A stretch of 44,082 nt of DNA, taken from Clostridia bacterium. GTDB lineage: Bacteria > Bacillota > Clostridia > Oscillospirales > Acutalibacteraceae. The notes under the pieces were generated by a model. It was not told the DNA's origin and ran no database searches. It was given only the letters and a program-made list of their open reading frames with translations. The position numbers and the translations under genes are program-made. This document shows positions 40,684-44,082 of this stretch, piece after piece. The stretch's first letter is position 1. Each line of letters starts with the position of its first letter. Location: assembly GCA_017481085.1 (NCBI GenBank), contig JAFUPS010000065.1, forward strand, positions 1-44,082. Direction: 5' to 3'.

Positions 40684-41070
40684 ATGGCGGAAGTATCACG
40701 CGGTGCGGCGGGGGAGATCTTGGCGGCACGATACTTGCGTAAGCAAGGCTATGAATTGGTTGAAGTCAATTATCGTTCCCGGTTTGGGGAGATCGATATT
40801 ATTGCCGAACGTGATGAGTTCTTGGCTTTCGTTGAAGTAAAAACGCGTGGCGAGGCGGCGTATTACAAACCGCGTGAGGCGGTAACTTATAGTAAGCAGC
40901 AAAAGATCATTCGCACGGCAATGGGATATTTGGCCACGCATCCCACAGACTTACAGCCGCGTTTCGATGTGATCGAGGTGTATATGGATAGCCGTGCGCC
41001 GCTAAAGGCCAAACATATCGAACATATCGAAAACGCCTTCGATACGTCCGCCAAGCAAGGAAGAATTTAA
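40684..41070 (+). CDS. YraN-family (UPF0102) endonuclease-like protein
   Basis: GEILAARYLRKQGYELVEVNYRSRFGEIDIIAE...FVEVKTR. Confidence 0.85.
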   Translation: MAEVSRGAAGEILAARYLRKQGYELVEVNYRSRFGEIDIIAERDEFLAFVEVKTRGEAAYYKPREAVTYSKQQKIIRTAMGYLATHPTDLQPRFDVIEVYMDSRAPLKAKHIEHIENAFDTSAKQGRI

Positions 41071-41106
41071 CCCGTAAAGCAATAACGCTTTACGGGTTGT
41101 TTGTTT
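41071..41106 (+). terminator. Rho-independent terminator
   Basis: CCCGTAAAGC-aataac-GCTTTACGGG followed by TTGTTTGTTT. Confidence 0.75.
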
Positions 41107-41286
41107 CAGCGAATAACTGATTTTCTGTCAAATAAAGAGAAAAATCGTTAATGTAATGTTATAAAGCTTTACAAAAAACCTAAATTTTAGAGAGCGCGGA
41201 AAAAAGCGAATAAAAGGAAGAACAGGAAATTTTCGAGTTTTTTCTTTGTTTCTGCGAAAAAAATTCAAAAAAATCTGCAATAATCT

Positions 41287-41315
41287 TTGACAAATCGTTC
41301 TTTTTATATTATTAT
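41287..41315 (+). promoter_or_regulatory. SigmaA promoter for thrC
   Basis: TTGACA, 17 nt of spacer, then TATTAT, inside a 270-bp AT-rich region. Confidence 0.55.
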
Positions 41316-41375
41316 ATCCCATGTATGCAATTATTTTTTGCGGAACCGTTTCCGCGTAGGAGTGATCTTTTAGTT

Positions 41376-42872
41376 ATGATGTATCAAAGCACGCGTAACA
41401 GCGCTGTGAAAGTCAGCGCTGCTCAAGCCATTACGCAAGGCATTTCGCGTGAAGGCGGCTTGTTTGTGCCGGAGGAAATTCCGGTGCTGTCGGCAGAAGA
41501 GCTTCGCACGCTGGTGGATGCTGACTACGTGCAGCGTGCCACTTGTGTGCTCGGTAAGTTCCTCACGGACTTTTCTGCCGAGGAAGTGGCAGAGTGCACA
41601 CGTTTGGCCTACGCTACCGGTCGTTTTCGTTCGGAAGCCGTGGCGCCGTTGCATGAGCTGGAGACCGGCAAATACGTGCTGGAGCTGTGGCACGGCCCGA
41701 CTTGCGCTTTTAAGGATATGGCGTTGCAGATTTTGCCGCATCTAATGCGTGTTTCGGCCGGCAAGACCTCTGATGGCAAAGAGATCGTCATTCTGGTGGC
41801 GACCTCGGGCGATACCGGCAAGGCGGCTTTGGAGGGCTTCCGTGATGCCGAGAACACCCGCATCATGGTCTTTTATCCGGAGTGCGGCGTCAGCGAGATG
41901 CAGAAGCTGCAGATGGCTACGCAGGAAGGAAACAACGTGGCGGTTTATGCCATCCGCGGCAATTTCGACGATGCGCAAAGCGGCGTGAAGGCGATCTTCA
42001 CCAACCCGGAGATCGGCAAGCTGTTGGCCGATAACGGCAAGATGTTCTCCAGCGCCAACTCCATCAACTGGGGCCGTTTGGTTCCGCAGATCGTATATTA
42101 CGTTTCAGCATACTGCGACCTGTTGAAATCCGGCGCTATCGCTATGGGCGATCCGATCAACGTGTCGGTTCCGACCGGCAACTTCGGTGATATCCTGGCC
42201 GCGTATTATGCCAAGAAAATGGGTTTGCCGATCGCTAAGTTGATCTGTGCTTCCAACCGCAACCGCGTGCTGACCGATTTCATCCGTACCGGCACCTACG
42301 ACCGTAACCGCGATTTCTACACGACCACGTCGCCGTCGATGGATATCCTGATCTCGTCCAACCTCGAGCGGTTGCTGTACGATCTGTGCGGTCGCGACGA
42401 CAAGGCGGTCAGCAAAATGATGGCTGATCTGTCTGCAACCGGCGTTTATACCGTGCCGGCCGAGGTAAAAGCGCAGGTAGAAGAACTGTTTGCCGCCGGT
42501 TGCTGTGATGATGAGCAGACGGCCGATACCATCCGTCAGGTGTATGAGAAATACGGTTATCTGTGCGATACGCACACCGCTGTTGGTATCTACGCCTACG
42601 AGGAATATCGTGCGCAGACCGGCGACACTACGCCGACGGTTATCGCCTCGACCGCTAATCCGTACAAATTCCCGGCTAGCGTGCTTGGTGCGCTGTGTGC
42701 CGAGGCAACCGGTGACGAGTTTGCCAAGGCCGAGCAACTGCACGAAATGACCGATGCCGAGATTCCGGCGCCGCTTAGCGGTCTCCGTGGCAAAACACCC
42801 CGTTTCACCGACGTGTGTGACAAAACGGAGATGCGTGCAGTCGTGCTGAATGCGCTCGGTATTACCGAATAA
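41376..42872 (+). CDS. thrC: Threonine synthase (long form)
   Basis: MMYQSTRNSAVKVSAAQAITQGISREGGLFVPEEIP...LELWHGPTCAFKDMALQ...ATSGDTGKAA. A TAGGAGTGA RBS is present. Confidence 0.9.
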   Translation: MMYQSTRNSAVKVSAAQAITQGISREGGLFVPEEIPVLSAEELRTLVDADYVQRATCVLGKFLTDFSAEEVAECTRLAYATGRFRSEAVAPLHELETGKYVLELWHGPTCAFKDMALQILPHLMRVSAGKTSDGKEIVILVATSGDTGKAALEGFRDAENTRIMVFYPECGVSEMQKLQMATQEGNNVAVYAIRGNFDDAQSGVKAIFTNPEIGKLLADNGKMFSSANSINWGRLVPQIVYYVSAYCDLLKSGAIAMGDPINVSVPTGNFGDILAAYYAKKMGLPIAKLICASNRNRVLTDFIRTGTYDRNRDFYTTTSPSMDILISSNLERLLYDLCGRDDKAVSKMMADLSATGVYTVPAEVKAQVEELFAAGCCDDEQTADTIRQVYEKYGYLCDTHTAVGIYAYEEYRAQTGDTTPTVIASTANPYKFPASVLGALCAEATGDEFAKAEQLHEMTDAEIPAPLSGLRGKTPRFTDVCDKTEMRAVVLNALGITE

Positions 42873-42890
42873 ACCGAAAGGGAGAAGTGC

Positions 42891-43580
42891 ATGGCGGTAT
42901 ATGCAATCGCAGATCTGCATCTGTCGCTTGGAACGGATAAACCGATGGATGTGTTTCCCGGCTGGGAGGGGTATCTCGCTCGGCTGGAGAGCAACTGGCG
43001 CAAGCTGATTGAGCCGACCGATACGGTGGTCATCCCCGGTGATGTCTCTTGGGCGATGAGTCTGGAGAACGCTGAGGCAGATTTTGCGTTCCTGCATAGT
43101 CTGCCGGGGCGCAAGCTGTTGCTTAAGGGTAATCACGATTATTGGTGGTGCACACGCCGCAAAATGGACGCGTATCTGGCAGAGAAGGGATTTAATTCGT
43201 TGACCATCGTGCACAACGATGCGGTGGCCGTGGATGCCGAGTATGCCGTTTGCGGAACGCGTGGCTGGTTTTTCGATGCCGAGGAAGACGCCGATAAAAA
43301 GGTGCTGCTTCGTGAGGTGGGGCGGTTGAACGCTTCGCTGGATGCGGCGGCGAAAATGGGGAAGAAGCCGCTCGTGTTTCTGCACTATCCGCCGGTCGTG
43401 GGTGGCACGGAATGCCCCGAGCTTATGCAGGCGCTGCGTGATCGCGGTATCGATACCTGCTATTACGGCCATATCCACGGGCCGGGAATCCGTTCAGCAC
43501 AAAACGGCGAATACGGCGGCATTCATTTCCGACTGATATCGGCGGATGCGCTGCATTTTTGCCCGTTCAAAATATTGTAA
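42891..43580 (+). CDS. Calcineurin-like metallophosphoesterase
   Basis: The motifs are AIADLHLS, PGDVSWA, GNHDYWW and GHIHG. Confidence 0.8.
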   Translation: MAVYAIADLHLSLGTDKPMDVFPGWEGYLARLESNWRKLIEPTDTVVIPGDVSWAMSLENAEADFAFLHSLPGRKLLLKGNHDYWWCTRRKMDAYLAEKGFNSLTIVHNDAVAVDAEYAVCGTRGWFFDAEEDADKKVLLREVGRLNASLDAAAKMGKKPLVFLHYPPVVGGTECPELMQALRDRGIDTCYYGHIHGPGIRSAQNGEYGGIHFRLISADALHFCPFKIL

Positions 43581-43687
43581 GAAAAATTTCCAATTTGTTC
43601 CTTTCACAGACTAGACATTACCGTATAGTTTGTGTTATAATTAAATGAAATGTGCAAAGCACAAGCAACTTAGGAGGAATATCAATC

Positions 43688-44082
43688 ATGAGTCTGAAAA
43701 ACGTAGTCAAAACCGAAAATGTCAACCGCATCGAATTGGAGATCGAAGTGGATGCCGCTACCTTCGAAAAAGCGGTGGAAGCGGCTTATCGCAAGAGCGT
43801 GAAGAACATCGCGATCCCGGGCTTCCGCAAGGGCAAAGCTCCGCGTGCGCTGATCGAGAAAATGTATGGCGCTGAGACCTTCTATGAGGATGCGATGAAC
43901 GCCGTGTATCCGGATGCGCTGGATGCAGCTATCAAGGAGAGCGGTTACGAGTTTGTCGAGGATAAGATCGATCTGGACGTGGTTTCTGTTGGCAAGGAAG
44001 GTTTGGTGTTCAAGGCTGTTATCACCGTCAAACCGGAAATTGAGATCGAGGGTTATCTGGGCCTGAAGGCCGAGACGAAGGA
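43688..44082 (+). CDS. tig: Trigger factor, 5' partial (runs off the window)
   Basis: The ATG at 43688 follows an AGGAGG RBS. My translation is MSLKNVVKTENVNRIELEIEVDAATFEKAVEAAYRKSVKNIAIPGFRKGKAPRALIEKMYG, which contains the trigger factor N-terminal signature. It is not in the ORF track because no stop falls inside the window. Confidence 0.85.
   Translation, partial: MSLKNVVKTENVNRIELEIEVDAATFEKAVEAAYRKSVKNIAIPGFRKGKAPRALIEKMYGAETFYEDAMNAVYPDALDAAIKESGYEFVEDKIDLDVVSVGKEGLVFKAVITVKPEIEIEGYLGLKAETK

Noticed and set aside
41128-41322. 64-aa minus-strand ORF in the yraN-thrC intergenic region
   Set aside because: It lies entirely in AT-rich promoter DNA and its Phe/Lys/Arg/Ile-rich translation is typical of AT-rich noise. 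It has no RBS and overlaps the thrC promoter.
41100-41375. T-box or other riboswitch upstream of thrC
   Set aside because: The region is AT-rich and has a good promoter, but the leader is only about 54 nt. It contains one small hairpin (GCGGAA-ccgt-TTCCGC, 41340-41355). I saw no T-box consensus, specifier loop or terminator/antiterminator alternative.

Overview
This is a chromosomal segment from a GC-rich, spore-forming Firmicute (Clostridia-like). The evidence is spoIVA with a sigmaE-like promoter and the conserved block rplS-lepB-lepB-ylqF-rnhB-yraN. I found no rRNA, tRNA, CRISPR array, integrase or transposase.

Layout:
- 1-3.8 kb: an unusual repeat/palindrome array at the window edge, a DUF3267-like membrane zincin, a small membrane protein, an orphan CARF-nuclease (Card1/Can2-like) gene behind a perfect consensus promoter, a tiny acidic ORF and a Thr-rich lipoprotein.
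- 3.8-7 kb: an AraC regulator, a melA-like GH4 alpha-galactosidase and a second AraC regulator.
- 7.3-27.2 kb: the most interesting part, a single-strand Gram-positive polysaccharide-utilisation-like locus. It encodes a secreted cohesin-like protein, a lipoprotein with an unassigned glycoside-hydrolase-like domain, and an LplABC-type sugar ABC importer (no ATPase gene). It also encodes a 1630-aa secreted protein (8 repeat modules, an internal dockerin and the same GH-like domain), a 2311-aa membrane-anchored protein (about 15 related modules) and a signal-less cytoplasmic paralog of the GH-like domain.
- 27.3-32.4 kb: a VTC (polyphosphate-polymerase-like) / DUF4956 / Cthe_2159-like beta-helix lipoprotein operon, convergent with a two-component system.
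- 32.5-44 kb: housekeeping and sporulation genes. These are a minimal M50 protease, spoIVA, a TIGR03960/TIGR03936 radical-SAM pair, rplS with a structured leader, two signal peptidases I, ylqF, rnhB, yraN, thrC, a metallophosphoesterase and the 5' end of tig.

All functional calls come from motif and family recognition by eye. No database search was run.
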